A DNA stretch of 63,689 bases, filler included, from Reclinomonas americana ATCC 50394 (Eukaryota), in assembly GCA_048213135.1 (NCBI GenBank). It is 9 parts of 5 records of this genome, joined end to end, with 100 filler letters (N's around TTAATTAATTAA, not from the genome) between each part and the next. Parts side by side here need not be neighbours in the genome. Positions count along the whole stretch, not along the records: positions 1 to 7,531 come from PS015212.1; positions 7,632 to 13,672 come from PS015213.1; 7 more parts are not named here. One strand, 5' to 3'. The notes below the pieces were generated by a model, which ran no database searches, was not told where the DNA came from, and worked only from the letters and a program-made list of their open reading frames with translations. Numbering within the stretch: position 1 is the stretch's first letter; each line of letters starts with the position of its first letter. This document shows, in pieces, positions 1 through 12,900 of the stretch. A program made the position numbers and the translations under genes.

Positions 1-318
1 ACCCTCTACGTCACGAACTTTAGTCAGCTGACGGACGAGCAGGAGGTGGCGGGCATCCTCAAGAACCTGCCCGGTTACCGCCGTCACCGCTTCCAACAAG
101 GCCTGCACCCGGCCGTGTTTGTCGAATTCGAGGACACGAACACCTCGGCCATGGCCATGGACGTCATCTCGCGCACCTACTTGAGGTCGTCGCCACTCGG
201 TCCGCCGCGAGTTGAGTTTGCCAAGAACGAAATGGGCGAGCCAGCAAGACATGGTGGCCGGCCACGAGGCGACCACTATGGCGGTGGCTCGCAGTACCAG
301 GTGCCACCACCGTACTGA
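1..318 (+). CDS. C-terminal RRM of an RBPMS/Scw1/MEC-8-type RNA-binding protein (5' truncated)
   Basis: Frame 1 reads TLYVTNFSQLTDEQEV (RNP2) ... PAVFVEFEDTNTSAMAM (RNP1) ... PRVEFAKN, then a Gly/Tyr-rich tail and TGA at 316-318. It may be RRM2 of the minus-strand gene at 928-3405 if contig 1-907 is inverted. Confidence 0.8.
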   Translation, partial: TLYVTNFSQLTDEQEVAGILKNLPGYRRHRFQQGLHPAVFVEFEDTNTSAMAMDVISRTYLRSSPLGPPRVEFAKNEMGEPARHGGRPRGDHYGGGSQYQVPPPY

Positions 319-767
319 GCCGATGCGCTGGCGATGGGATAATTCTCGCGCGCGCACCGCGTGCCGATGGTGGAGACTTGGTGGTGAGTTGCCGCACACG
401 TTGACACACACACACACACGCACACATATATTTACACAAGCACTGTAGTTGTTTGCGGCACGCACGCCTGCACGGCCGCCACTCTTGGCTCTCACTCACT
501 CACTCACTCACTGCACTCTTTTTTTGTTGCCACTCAGCACTGTTGGTGAGCGTGGTTTGGCAATGAGCACCACCACATAACTCCGGATGCATCCACTGTC
601 GATCACTACCACCACTGTCACCGTCACCCCACCACCGTCACGGAGGCAGCAGATGGAAGAAAAAACTTAACTAAGGAAATTACTGAATGCACACTGTTTG
701 TTGTTTGTTTGTTGTAGCCATGTGTGTCTTTTTTCGTTCGCTACTACTTCTCATTCATTTCGTGAGT

Positions 768-877
768 TCAATTCCCACCACCACCACCCTCACCGCCACC
801 GCCACCACCACTCTCGTCAGCATCCATCATGTCCAGATCGATGCGTTCGCCGGCGCGCACTCGGAGCATGTAGCACA
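768..877 (-). CDS. Terminal exon of an unidentified gene
   Basis: Pyrimidine tract plus AG acceptor (ctctctctccaag), then CYMLRVRAGERIDLDMMDADESGGGGGGEGGGGGN*. Confidence 0.35.
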
Positions 878-927
878 CTTGGAGAGAGAGGGAGAAGGAC
901 AGGCATGNNNNNNNNNNNNNNNNNNNN

Positions 928-3405
928 GCGCTTGGCGCCGCCAGCGGCAGCCGCAGCTGCTGCCGCGGCGGCGGACACTGAATTCGGGGCACCCACTGAC
1001 TGGTGCTGGTAGTGGTGCACTTGCTGCTGCTGCATAGACGCTGCGACGGCGGCTGCCGCGGCGGCCTGCTGTCCGTAAATGTCGTGCTGCACCGGGTGCT
1101 GCTTGGTGGGGAGGCAATGTGAGGGGAGCGATCAACCAATGCAGAACCACTAGACACACACAACACACACTCACCGTCACGTACTGGCTGTGACCGGCGT
1201 GCATGGCTGCGGCCGCCGAATAGTCGGACTCGGCTGGCGAGTACCAGTCGGAGCTCACTGGACCGCCGCGCATCATCTGCGGGGCAGCGGCCTGCGGCAC
1301 CGCGTAGTGCGACATGGACGGCATGGCGGGTGGAGGGGCCATCCCGCTGGATCCAGAGCCGTAGGCCGACATGCGACCTAGCAAGGGCAAACCAACAACA
1401 GCAACGAAGAGGGTGAGACGACAAGGGAAGAGACACACAGGCAAAAGTGTTCAGAGATGACCAGGAAAAGGAAGGAAGGAGTTCGAGGATGAAGGAAAGA
1501 ATGTAGTGTAACCAGTCGTCTCGACAGGTCATGGCTCAGAGGCTCATTGGCGAGATAGCGTGGACACTTTTTTGGTTTGCTCTAGCACAGTGCATGAACA
1601 CGCTTCGACACAATGGTGTATTGTGATGGCGCTGCCTGGAGAATTGCTGTGCGGGATAGATGGATAGAGAGGAAGAGGAAGAGGAAACTGACAGGATACA
1701 GAAAGCAGAGAGTGTACGTGTTACGCAACTGCGATCCTGGTACACACTGGCTCCCATGGGCTTGCGTCGCTTGTACTCTGGCTCGTCGTACCGATCGCTC
1801 GAGTACGCACTGTGATAGCCACTGCTCGACGACGTGGCTGCATCGATACAACACAGCGGTAAGTCGTCGCAGCAGACTGTGAGACGCAGCAAAACAGCAC
1901 GCAAAACACACCATACGCCGTGGAGGACGACGACGATTCAAAGTCGCGACCGCGCTTCGGATTCATCACCGTTGTTCTCATGTCGTTCTTGGCCACCTCG
2001 ACGCGCAACCGCAGCGATGAATTCGGGTCAAACACCACACCCTGCCATCAAAAACNNNNNNNNNNNNNNNNNNNNNNNNNNNNNNNNNNNNNNNNNNNNN
2101 NNNNNNNNNNNNNNNNNNNNNNNNNNNNNNNNNNNNNNNNNNNNNNNNNNNNNNNNNNNNNNNNNNNNNNNNNNNNNNNNNNNNNNNNNNNNNNNNNNNN
2201 NNNNNNNNNNNNNNNNNNNNNNNNNNNNNNNNNNNNNNNNNNNNNNNNNNNNNNNNNNNNNNNNNNNNNNNNNNNNNNNNNNNNNNNNNNNNNNNNNNNN
2301 NNNNNNNNNNNNNNNNNNNNNNNNNNNNNNNNNNNNNNNNNNNNNNNNNNNNNNNNNNNNNNNNNNNNNNNNNNNNNNNNNNNNNNNNNNNNNNNNNNNN
2401 NNNNNNNNNNNNNNNNNNNNNNNNNNNNNNNNNNNNNNNNNNNNNNNNNNNNNNNNNNNNNNNNNNNNNNNNNNNNNNNNNNNNNNNNNNNNNNNNNNNN
2501 NNNNNNNNNNNNNNNNNNNNNNNNNNNNNNNNNNNNNNNNNNNNNNNNNNNNNNNNNNNNNNNNNNNNNNNNNNNNNNNNNNNNNNNNNNNNNNNNNNNN
2601 NNNNNNNNNACCGTCAGCGAACACATTGCACACAGCGACTCTCTGACAACAACATGCAAACCTGCAGATGCTCAATGGCGCCCAACGCTTGCTCGTGCGA
2701 CAGGAACCGCAAAAACGCACACGTCTGCACACCACCACATGAGCGAATGCAAAGGAGAAGCAGGAGGAGGAGGAAAAGAGAACGCAACTCCCTTCTTTGT
2801 GGGTCTCACGGAGCCGCCCTCGTAGCCGTTCAATGTGCGGCACAACAAGTGGATCTCGCGATCCGTGGCATCCGGAGGCAGGCCCGACACAAACAGTGTC
2901 CTCACGCGGTCTCCACCATTGCCGCCACCACTGCCACTCGCACCCTGCACGCACACAAAAAGTGAGCAAGCGGCGCTGGCACAATAAGGAGTGACATTTC
3001 CCGCAGACAAGACACACAAAGTTGCGACGCAACGGCGTGCGCGGAGAGGAGAGGCAGCGTAGGCGCGAGATAGATGGGAATGCACGCACGCACGAAAACC
3101 ACACGGCTCGTGCAAAGAGAAACAAAACGGCCAGTGTGAAATGTCACCCAACACAAAACAAAACACACACACACACGCTTTCTCTCTCGTCACCTCCCCT
3201 GTGCTCGCTCCCCTTATTGAGGCACACACGCACACGCAACTGCATCATCATAATCGTCGTCCGCCTGCGGGATTTCCTCGTCTTGTGCAGCGGCACTTGA
3301 AGCATCGCCACCGCCACTTGCAGAATCGCTGGCCGACGCGGCAGCCATGGCAGCGGTGATGGCCGCCGCCGCCGCCGCCGCGTCTTGGCTCAACAAGTCA
3401 GCCAT
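928..3405 (-). CDS. RBPMS/couch-potato/Scw1-type RRM protein, multi-exon, N-terminal RRM followed by an A/Q/S/Y-rich region
   Basis: Spliced: MADLLSQD...|GASG...VRTLFVSGLPPDATDREIHLLCRTLNGYEGGSVRPTKKG|TCAFLRFLSHEQALGAIEHLQ|GVVFDPNSSLRLRVEVAKND. This matches the RBPMS pattern RTLFVSGLP...RE...GYEG...FDP...LRLEFAK. Exon structure between about 1380 and 1650 is uncertain. Confidence 0.8.
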
Positions 3406-3462
3406 AAAATAGGTGTTGCAGGACTGCAGTGTGCGGGACGACGACGACGACGTGACGCTGAC

Positions 3463-4496
3463 ATGGAAGCGGGGAGCGGTCGCGAGTACCTTGAGCAGCA
3501 CGGGGTGGTGGCGTTACTGGAGGACGTCGTCGCCTCGGTGCTGGAGACACGCGAGGAGAATCCACTGGGAGAGATTGCCGATTAGTTGCGCACAGACAAC
3601 TCCCGCCTCCTCGCCGATGTCTCACTGCTGTGCTTGCAGTTTCGCTACGGTGGTCACCGGCAGCAACATCATACAGCGCGAGTACGGCTACATTGTGTTG
3701 CGGCGCGACAATCGTCGTGCCTTTTGTCGACATTTCTTTGAGGTGTTTGCGCGTTTCTCCGTGTTGCGATCGCGCAACAATGGTGGTGCGTCGGCCACTG
3801 AGTCGACTGGGACAGCAGCAGCGGTGACGGAAGACGAAGCCGGTGCATCATCTTCGTCATCACAATCGCAATCGCAGTCGCAGTTGATACTGCCCGAGTT
3901 TGTGGAGTTGCTGCGCGTGTTGACCCCGGACTTCCCCAGTGATGTGCGCGATCATCTCCTGCCGTTCCTGCACATGCAGCCGGGCGGCGTCGATGTGTGG
4001 GAGACCACGTTTCTCTTTGATCACATGTACGCCGCGTTTTACTTGTGGTTTGTCGATATGGGTGAGTCAGTCCGTGTCGTGCTCTTGCTTTCTCGCTTCT
4101 CCTGTTCTCGCGTCTCACCTCCCGCTCGCAGACTTGTGGGTGTCGGCCGACCGTCTGTTGAGCACATCGATGGCGGCCTCGTGTGCGTCGCTGTCGGTGC
4201 GGTTACGCGAGTTGGCCGAGGAGCGCGGTCGCCTCGCGCAGTGGGAGCCGATCCTCGACGCCGTGGATCGCATTGGCGCCGAGCTGGGCTCCAGCACGCA
4301 CATTACGTTTGAGATGCTGTGCTTCCGCGTGGCGCGCGACATGATGGCCACCTCGAGCACGGGCGGTGCCGCCAGTGCCACTGTCGGCTCGCACTCTCTC
4401 ATGCCGCCCCTGTCGTCGCGCGGATTTGCACCACCGGTCTCTGGCTTGGCGGTCGACGACCTGGGTGTGACCCCCCGTGTGACAAATCCCTCATGA
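3463..4496 (+). CDS. CSTPP1: CSTPP1/C11orf49-like tubulin polyglutamylase complex regulator, 3 exons
   Basis: Spliced: EYLEQHGVVALLEDVVASVLETREENPLGEIADY|FATVVTGSNIIQREYGYIVLRRDNRRAFCRHFFEVF...EFVELLRVLTPDFP. This parallels C11orf49 (EYL...EDAV...YF...REF...NR..F...LLCPDFP). Confidence 0.75.
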
Positions 4497-4936
4497 ACAA
4501 TGTGCATGCAATCGTGTCGAAGGGAACGCTTTTCATGTATACCAAAGTAAGTGGAGGGGGCGACGGGGGGGGGCCATACGACGACTAGTGCACACACACA
4601 CAGACAGTTCTCTCCTTCTCAAAAAAGAAAAGAAAACAGAAAGGATTGTGACGCGAGGCAGCCGAAAAAAATCAGTTCAGTGGACTGCCGACACACGCAC
4701 ACAAACCCCACAAACACTCACACTCACTCGCACACAAAAGCACGTCGTCTTGATAAAATAAATCCGCACGCACGCACGCTCACATAAAACACGATGCAAC
4801 CGAGGAAGATCGCGGGCAACCGGAAGTAAAGAATGAAAGGTAGGGGAAAACTGATGCACAAAGAGACTGCATGTGTAGGTGGCAGGCGAGGGAAAAAGAT
4901 GCCACACCGCCGCACATGAGCATCGTGACGTCACGC

Positions 4937-7464
4937 TTAGACGTAAGCCGGCACGACCTCCGTGTCGACCTGGGCGGTCAGACCGTGCTCCAGGATGCGC
5001 TTGCGCATGATCCAATCCTCGTGGACGTTCATGACGGCGAGCGCGGCGACCAGAATGCGGCCCCTGCAATTTGCGGAAATAAGAGTCAGTATCTGTGGAT
5101 GATAAGGGATGGGATAAAGATTGAGAAACGCAACTTGTCCTCGAGCGACAGATCAGCGCTGCGGTCGGCGCCGGTCTTGTCGCGGTTGCCCACACCGGTG
5201 ATGCCCTCAATGGTGTAGGTCTCGTGGCCCTCGTGGCTGTGCTCAAAGTCGAGATCCGTGTCGACGGCGAGGTACGAGACGGGGCAGCATGAGCAGGCGC
5301 CGACGCAGTTGCACCAGTACGACTGGTTGAAGGTGATGCGCTTGACGACGCGGAGAGCGTAGTACTCGGTGTGGCTGTCCATGACCAGGCCGCAGCACGG
5401 GGTGCGCACAGTGGCGCTGGTGATGAGGCGCTGAGTGGTGATGTACAGGTCCTTCGTCCTCTCGCGCGGGCAGCAGCAGCAGGTGACCAGGCGGCACGGC
5501 ACGCAGCACAGGCAGCGCACGCAGCAGTTGCCGTACGGGCGGCCAGACACTTGAGCCAGCAGCACCTCTTGCGGCTGTGCACAACAACAACAACAACAAC
5601 GAGTTAGCTCACTCTTCCTTTTGCATCCCCGCCCCTTCCCCCTCAAAAAAACAACCACGTACCACTCCATGCTGGTTCTGCGGGTTGGCATCGAGCAGCA
5701 GCACGTCATCGTCGTCACCCGGGCGCTTGAGGTCCTCAGCGGCCAGGTAGGGGTGCGTGTCGGTGCGGGTAATGGCCAGAGCGCCGGGGTTGAGCACCTC
5801 GAGCAGCGGCGTCTCGGTGTGCTGCAGCATCAGGCCCTTCAGGAAGCCCTCCAGCGCAGTGTCCTTGTCGCTGGACGTGGACACCGTCTGGTTCACGCCC
5901 TCACCCTCAATGACGATCTTGCCAAAGGCGGTGAACAGGTTGACGAAGTACGACTTCTTCAGGCAGCAGCAGCAGTGGCCGCAGCACGCCATGCAGCTCG
6001 ACTCCTCCGAGTAGCGGTAGGTGTGGAACGAGGTCATGACCCAGGACGAGAGCTCCAGGTAGAACTCCTCCACGCCGTGCTCGTTGGACGGCACCAGGCG
6101 CGGCACCGACTTGGCACCAGTGGTGTGCAGGGTGTAGCGGATGAGGCGGCGATCAGTGATGAGGAAGTACTCGCGGCGAATGCTGGCGCAGTTGTCGTAG
6201 TTGATCTTGGTGATGAGCAGCCAGATGCCGAGGGTGATGATCGACAGGATGCACACAGTGCACGTGCAGAAGCGGACGCGCCCGGCAAAGCCGTCGTACA
6301 CCAGCTCGCCGTCGACGAGGCCCCAGGTGGAGATCGGGTTGGTCGGGGTGGCCGGGTCGAGCGGCACCACGCGGTCGCGGTCAAACACCGTGTAGTCCTC
6401 GGTCTTCTCCAGCGCCACGGCACGAATGCGCGGGTGGTTCTGGGTCTCGGGGCGCTGCGGGTCCCACTTGACGCCACGCTGAGTGTACTTGGCCGGGTGG
6501 TAGTACAGGATGGCGGCGAGCATGTTGGTCATGTCGCGCATGCCCGTCTGCAGCTCCACCTCCATGCGCATCCAGGCGCGGTTCTTGCGCACGCGAGCAC
6601 CACCGCTGCTGCAGCACTGTTAAAGGGGGAGGAAGGAGGGGAGGTGAGAGACCGGAAGAAGAAGAATAAGAAGGCAAACAAAAAAACTCACGTTGTAGGC
6701 GCACTCAATGCACGGCTTGCAGCAGCACAGGCAGCACGAGATGCAAATCTGGCTGGCGTTGCCACCGCGGACCTTGGCCTCGAGGTTCGGGTACTCGAAG
6801 AAGTACAGGTCGACCTCGGTCATCGGCACAGGCTTGGTGCGGCAGAAGCAGATGCAGTTGCAGCATGGAATGCAGCAGAGCCAGTCGCCGCAAGTGTAAA
6901 TGGGCTGCGTGAACAGCTAGTGAGCGACACGGAGCGAGAGGGAGAGGGAGAGAGAGAGAGAGGGAGCGAAAGGGCGCCGCACCTGAGTGTAAGAGTGGGT
7001 CTCATGCGCAAAGTTGCGCACAAAGAACGACGTCTGCTCGTACTCGACAATGTTGTTGGAGGCGTCAAGCGTCAGAATCCTGCCATGGCACAAATGAGCA
7101 ATGGGCGAAACAACGCATAGCATTGATGGCGAGCAATGCTCACATGTGAATGACACGGCGCGAGGTGACGAGGAATCCTCCAATTTGCTTCTTGCGCATG
7201 CACGCGTAGAAGCCGAGGGTGATGATGCACAGGAAGCAAAACACCCACGGGTTGCGGCGGGTCAGGCCACCGGCAAACACCGCGAAATCGCGGCTCTGCT
7301 CGGCGCCATTCTGCACCACAAAGCTGCGCACCAGAGCCCTGTGACCAACAAAACACGTCAGCCCACCGGATACAGCAATACGAAACATGACCACCAATGT
7401 GTATAGTACGCAACGCAGGCTCGTTGCCAGACTGCGCGTCAGGTCCAGGCGGGTTGACGGACAT
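4937..7464 (-). CDS. Cys-rich membrane protein with three repeated hydrophobic plus [FY]xxTxRRxI modules (bacterial-PH-like)
   Basis: About 7 exons with strong GC3 bias. Repeats are LCIITLGFY...FLVTSRRVI, ILSIITLGIW...YFLITDRRLI and CLCCVPCRLVTCCCC...LYITTQRLI. The protein ends EVVPAYV* at 4937. Confidence 0.7.
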
Positions 7465-7575
7465 GATGACGGTGCTGCAGGAAGTGAGAGGAGGGGGCGA
7501 GTGTAAGTGGCAATGTCGAACACGCCATGTTNNNNNNNNNNNNNNNNNNNNNNNNNNNNNNNNNNNNNNNNNNNN

Positions 7576-7587
7576 TTAATTAATTAA
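7576..7587. other. Artificial all-frame-stop contig linker N..TTAATTAATTAA..N (also near 13717, 26562, 30645, 44165, 58588, 59992, 61340)
   Basis: An identical 12-mer embedded in N runs eight times. Confidence 0.97.
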
Positions 7588-7631
7588 NNNNNNNNNNNNN
7601 NNNNNNNNNNNNNNNNNNNNNNNNNNNNNNN

Positions 7632-9927
7632 CGGCGGAGGTGGGGGACCGGAATCTAACGCACACGCACCCATGTGTGAGAAAAACTGCACTTGGTAGGC
7701 GGATATGCAAGCAAGCGCTCAGAAGCAGTACCTCGTCGACCACGATTGTCTCGTCCACCGCCAGGGCCACCGCCGTCGCCACCGCGTGCGCGATTGTCGT
7801 GAAGCTCTGCAGCGTGAGGGCGAGTGTGAGTACGCGCGTGCGACCTGATACACCAGATTGCGGACGCAACTGCGGAATGACGGGAAGAGACGCTCCCAAC
7901 ACGCGCGAATCACGTCCATTTCTCCGGCAAAGAAGGCCGGCTGTGCACGCACACCTGGTGAACAAAAAAATCGAGGCAGCGCACCACACAAAATACACTC
8001 ACCACGCCAAACTTCTCGCACTTGGAAATGGCTCGGTAGCTCTCGCTAATCACAATGGTGGACCGGATGTTGCGACGCTCTGCGCGGTGACGGAATGAGA
8101 CATTAATGTGTGTGTGTGTGCGCGCGCGTTCACAATAAAAAGAGATGAAAGACTCACCAGCGTATGCGTGTGAGATGGCAAACTGCGTAATCATTTCCGC
8201 ACGAGCCTCGGATTGATTGGCGCCGGGCTTCGGCGGCGGAATCGGACCGTACATGTCCGGTCCGACGATGCGCAGCAGGCCCTGACGGTGGTTGTCGGAG
8301 ATGCTGCCAATGAGATCCGAGCGCACACTGTCAACGGAAGGGCGGTCGTCAGCTCCTGGCACACTTCCCATTGTGATAGAACGCGACTTGCACAGCAAAC
8401 GCAACGGACGAAGCACGGCCGGCACATCGGCATCGAAAATGTCGTCGTAGTCAATGTCAAACACCATGATGTTCCACGGGTTGATCCTGTTCTCGGCAGC
8501 GTTCAACTCCTGCACACAGCGCACGTCCACGTGTGAGAACACCACCGTCTGTTGTTTTAGCTCCCACTGTCAACACCGTCACGCACCAAGACCATGCGCG
8601 CCAAGTCCTTCATCGCGTACCGCAGACGCTTCTGGAAAATACTGTGCAGGTCGACAATCACCACGCCACCGCGCGGGAACAGACGTGTGCGCCAGTGCGT
8701 GGTCCACGTGAGATCGTTGCGATCGAGCGTCTGCTGGAAGTGGTCCTCGGTGACCGAGTGCACAATGCACTTGGTGTTGAAGAGCAAATCCAGCAGTCGA
8801 TGTGTGTGGATAAAGTGATCGGATGCCACCAGTCCGCGGGACAGCTGAGGAGACCGAGCCCGTGAGTACACACACACACAGAACAATGAAAGAACCGCAC
8901 ACGCGATAGTCACGCACCCAAATCTGATCCGTGAGCTCGACGCTTGGATCGACAATCTTGCACAGATTGCGTTCCTCAATCGCATGCGCCAAATCGGCAG
9001 TCTTGGCCGAGTCCGTAATCACCGCCGTCTTCATCATCTGTCACACAGACACACAATGGTCAGACGGACATGTGGCTGCTGCTGCACACAGACACACACA
9101 CCTCATTCCTTCGCTGCGCGTGCCACGGACGGGTGTCGGCCTTGGCAATGAGCAATGGACGGCGCGCAGCCAGTCGCTCTTCGTGTGTCAGATCCTTGGC
9201 GTTCAGTACGGCCTGCAGGTTCGGGAAGCGGCGAGAGTGCGACGGTCCACCCGAGGCGTCAGCACCGTGCGCGCGCGATGAAGAGGCACCAGTGCCACCA
9301 GCGGCGGCGCCGGCAGCGGCAGCGCCACCACTGCCAGCAGCAGCAGCAACANNNNNNNNNNNNNNNNNNNNNNNNNNNNNNNNNNNNNNNNNNNNNNNNN
9401 NNNNNNNNNNNNNNNNNNNNNNNNNNNNNNNNNNNNNNNNNNNNNNNNNNNNNNNNNNNNNNNNNNNNNNNNNNNNNNNNNNNNNNNNNNNNNNNNNNNN
9501 NNNNNNNNNNNNNNNNNNNNNNNNNNNNNNNNNNNNNNNNNNNNNNNNNNNNNNNNNNNNNNNNNNNNNNNNNNNNNNNNNNNNNNNNNNNNNNNNNNNN
9601 NNNNNNNNNNNNNNNNNNNNNNNNNNNNNNNNNNNNNNNNNNNNNNNNNNNNNNNNNNNNNNNNNNNNNNNNNNNNNNNNNNNNNNNNNNNNNNNNNNNN
9701 NNNNNNNNNNNNNNNNNNNNNNNNNNNNNNNNNNNNNNNNNNNNNNNNNNNNNNNNNNNNNNNNNNNNNNNNNNNNNNNNNNNNNNNNNNNNNNNNNNNN
9801 NNNNNNNNNNNNNNNNNNNNNNNNNNNNNNNNNNNNNNNNNNNNNNNNNNNNNNNNATTTGCGCTCTCGCCGCACCAGACAAAGCTCGATGGGTAAATCC
9901 ACCACTCTGCCGGACCGGCCGATACAT
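7632..9927 (-). CDS. Unidentified multi-exon protein, 3' end incomplete
   Basis: Exons join in frame through GT-AG introns: ...RPWHAQRRNE|MMKTAVI...DQIW|LSRGLVASDHF...DLARMVL|ELNAAENRINPWNIMVFDIDYDDIF. The candidate ATG at 9927 lies beyond a gap and is tentative. Confidence 0.55.
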
Positions 9928-9964
9928 TACATTCCGGACAAATAAAATCACGCAGTCACTTTTG

Positions 9965-12900
9965 ATGTCGGGTGGCCACCACGCGCTCTCCGCGGTGGCG
10001 ACGGCTGCGCGTCATGCGCAGGCGAAACACCCCTCTCAGCAGGCACACAACAGTCAACAGCAGCAGCCGCAGCAGAGTCATCACCATCATCCGTTGGCGT
10101 TGCCGGTGTTGGTGCCGCCCAGCAACGCCGCCCTGGCACAGCAAGAGGCCGCCGCGCGACGCTTTCAAGCCGTTGACCGTGAAGTTTCGTCACATGTGTG
10201 TGTGGGTGAGGGAGGGGGGCGAGGAAAGGGGAGTTCATCCACGCATATATAACGGATGATCGTTTGCAATATACTCTCTCACTCACGCTCACACTCTCTC
10301 TCCGTGGTCAGCATCGGCGTCGGTTCAGCACCAAGCGACCCAACACGGCTCGTGCGTCGGTGAATCTCGAGGAGCAGATGGGATTGCAGGGGAGCAAGCG
10401 GATACTGTCACCGCGCAAAGGGCAGCGAAGCCAGCAGCAGCTCCAGCAGCAGCAGCAGCCGAGTACCGTGGCGTTCGTTGAGCAGCGACGAGGCTCGCTA
10501 CCGACGCGGAATCCACCTCCGTTGGAGGGTGGTAGTGTGTCGTCGCCAAGTGGGACGGTGGTCACCACGGCGTCGTCGTCGGGGAATACGCTGGCGAGTC
10601 GAGTGATGGCGAGTATGGCAGCGGCCGCGGCGGCGGCTGCCGAGGAACCGATGCTAGCGCCGCTGTCGGGGCAGCCGAGTCGTGCAGTGAGTCGCTCGCA
10701 GGCTCATTCGAGCACGGGCTTCCACTCGGCGCGTAGTGGGGGAATGGCGGCCGCCACGGCGGCTGCGCAATCAGCAGAGGATCCGTCGTATCGTGCGGTG
10801 CGCATGCAGGTGTCGGCGTTGCTGGAGTCGTGGACCGACCCGACTCCCCGCATGATTGTGGCGGCTGGTGGTCTGGTGGGCTCACGAACAGGTCCACGCT
10901 CCGCCTCCTCGCCTCCGGTGCCGCCCGGCCGCACCATCTCACCAACGCACCTCGACGAGGCGTGGTCGTCGAATGGAACGGGTCTGGTCGCCCGCAATGC
11001 GCCCTCTTCGGCCGACATGGGTGCGCGATTCCGTCGGCGTTCTCCCGCTGCAGCCTTCTCCGTTTCTTCGTCGGCCCTGCGTGGTGTAGCTCTCGATCCG
11101 AAACGTTGTGTGCTTGCGGTGGAATGCGACAGCTCAGAGCGATGCTGGAGATTGCTCACGCTCGTGTGATTGCTGTGGGCAGATCGAGAGCAGAATGGCA
11201 GTTCTTCGCTGGCGATGGGTGTGCCGAGTCTCGATTTGTCACAGCTGCCACCGTCAGGGACGCTGGAGATGGACGCGGCAGAGTATTCGGCGTCGCACTT
11301 GATGAGCGCCTCGTCCATCTCCAGTGCCGCCGACATGGCAGCCGACTGGGCCGAGTTTGAAAAGGTGGGCGATCGCTGCGTCGTCCACACAGCAGTGTTG
11401 AGTGAGCATGCAGACTCACACTGTGGTGTGTGCAGCTCTCACACAAGGCGCTTGACGAGTTGTACGAGAGCATCGTACGCAGCCTGCAGGAATTGGTGGC
11501 GGCAGGGTCGGACGTGCAGTCGATCAAGACGCTGCGACAAAAGTTGCGCTCGCTGCAAGAGTACACTGCGCACGATTCGGCCTCGGCCAGGCAACACAGG
11601 TTGGTTGACGCACCCCACGTTGAGAGTACTGGGGCATGCCATTCACGATGCCTTGTCACAGTTACGAGCAGCAGCAGCGTCCACGGTCTCGTCAAGCTAC
11701 GGCGTTTTCCGGCGGGCCCATCAACCCTCCGGTGCGCCTCGTGTTACCATTGTGGCAGTCTCTTTGTTGACACACTGATGGGTGGGCCTGTGGCAGACGG
11801 AGTTTGTGTTCGATCCCGGGGCCGCCGGCTTCAATCCACCGCCCAATGATCCCTCCTCGCCAGCCACACTGGTGCCGTCCGACGACGAGACAGAGGGAGC
11901 AGATGCAGGAGTTGAGATCTTGATGTTCGAGGTTGTTGCTGAAGAAGAATGGTGCACTCATTTCACTGTCGCACAGCGAGGACGGCCGCTCAGCCGATCG
12001 AAGAGTGGCAAGCTACGACAGTCACCAGCCACTCGCAGTTCTGTGCGAGTTGCTCTGTGTATGTGCGCGTGCGATGTTTGCTGACAGGATCTGTGCTCTC
12101 TCTCTCTATCTCCCTTCCTCTCTCTCTCTCTCCTTGCAGTGTCCGTGTCGCCACCGAATGTGTCGGGCCAGACATCGCCGCGTGCAGTCAGTCAACGAGT
12201 CATCGAATTCCCACTGGAGCATCCACTGGCCATCGCTGGAGCCAGCGGGCAGTCGATGTCGAGGTTGCAAAGACATCCGAGTGCCACACGTACGAGTGGT
12301 ACTCTTGGTGGAGGGTGGACAATGTCAGTCGACAGCAATGCAGGCGGTACGTGTGCTTGCTGCGTGCTTTGTAAGAACTACATGCTGACGCACACTTCGN
12401 NNNNNNNNNNNNNNNNNNNNNNNNNNNNNNNNNNNNNNNNNNNNNNNNNNNNNNNNNNNNNNNNNNNNNNNNNNNNNNNNNNNNNNNNNNNNNNNNNNNN
12501 NNNNNNNNNNNNNNNNNNNNNNNNNNNNNNNNNNNNNNNNNNNNNNNNNNNNNNNNNNNNNNNNNNNNNNNNNNNNNNNNNNNNNNNNNNNNNNNNNNNN
12601 NNNNNNNNNNNNNNNNNNNNNNNNNNNNNNNNNNNNNNNNNNNNNNNNNNNNNNNNNNNNNNNNNNNNNNNNNNNNNNNNNNNNNNNNNNNNNNNNNNNN
12701 NNNNNNNNNNNNNNNNNNNNNNNNNNNNNNNNNNNNNNNNNNNNNNNNNNNNNNNNNNNNNNNNNNNNNNNNNNNNNNNNNNNNNNNNNNNNNNNNNNNN
12801 NNNNNNNNNNNNNNNNNNNNNNNNNNNNNNNNNNNNNNNNNNNNNNNNNNNNNNNNNNNNNNNNNNNNNNNNNNNNNNNNNNNNNNNNNNNNNNNNNNNN

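Noticed and set aside
3582-3590. In-frame TAG in CSTPP1 (GAT TAG TTG) and TAA G at 51587-51590, suggesting stop-codon reassignment
   Set aside because: Both are artefacts of unspliced A|GTTGCG donors; splicing gives TAT and AAG respectively. TAA, TAG and TGA all terminate genes normally here.
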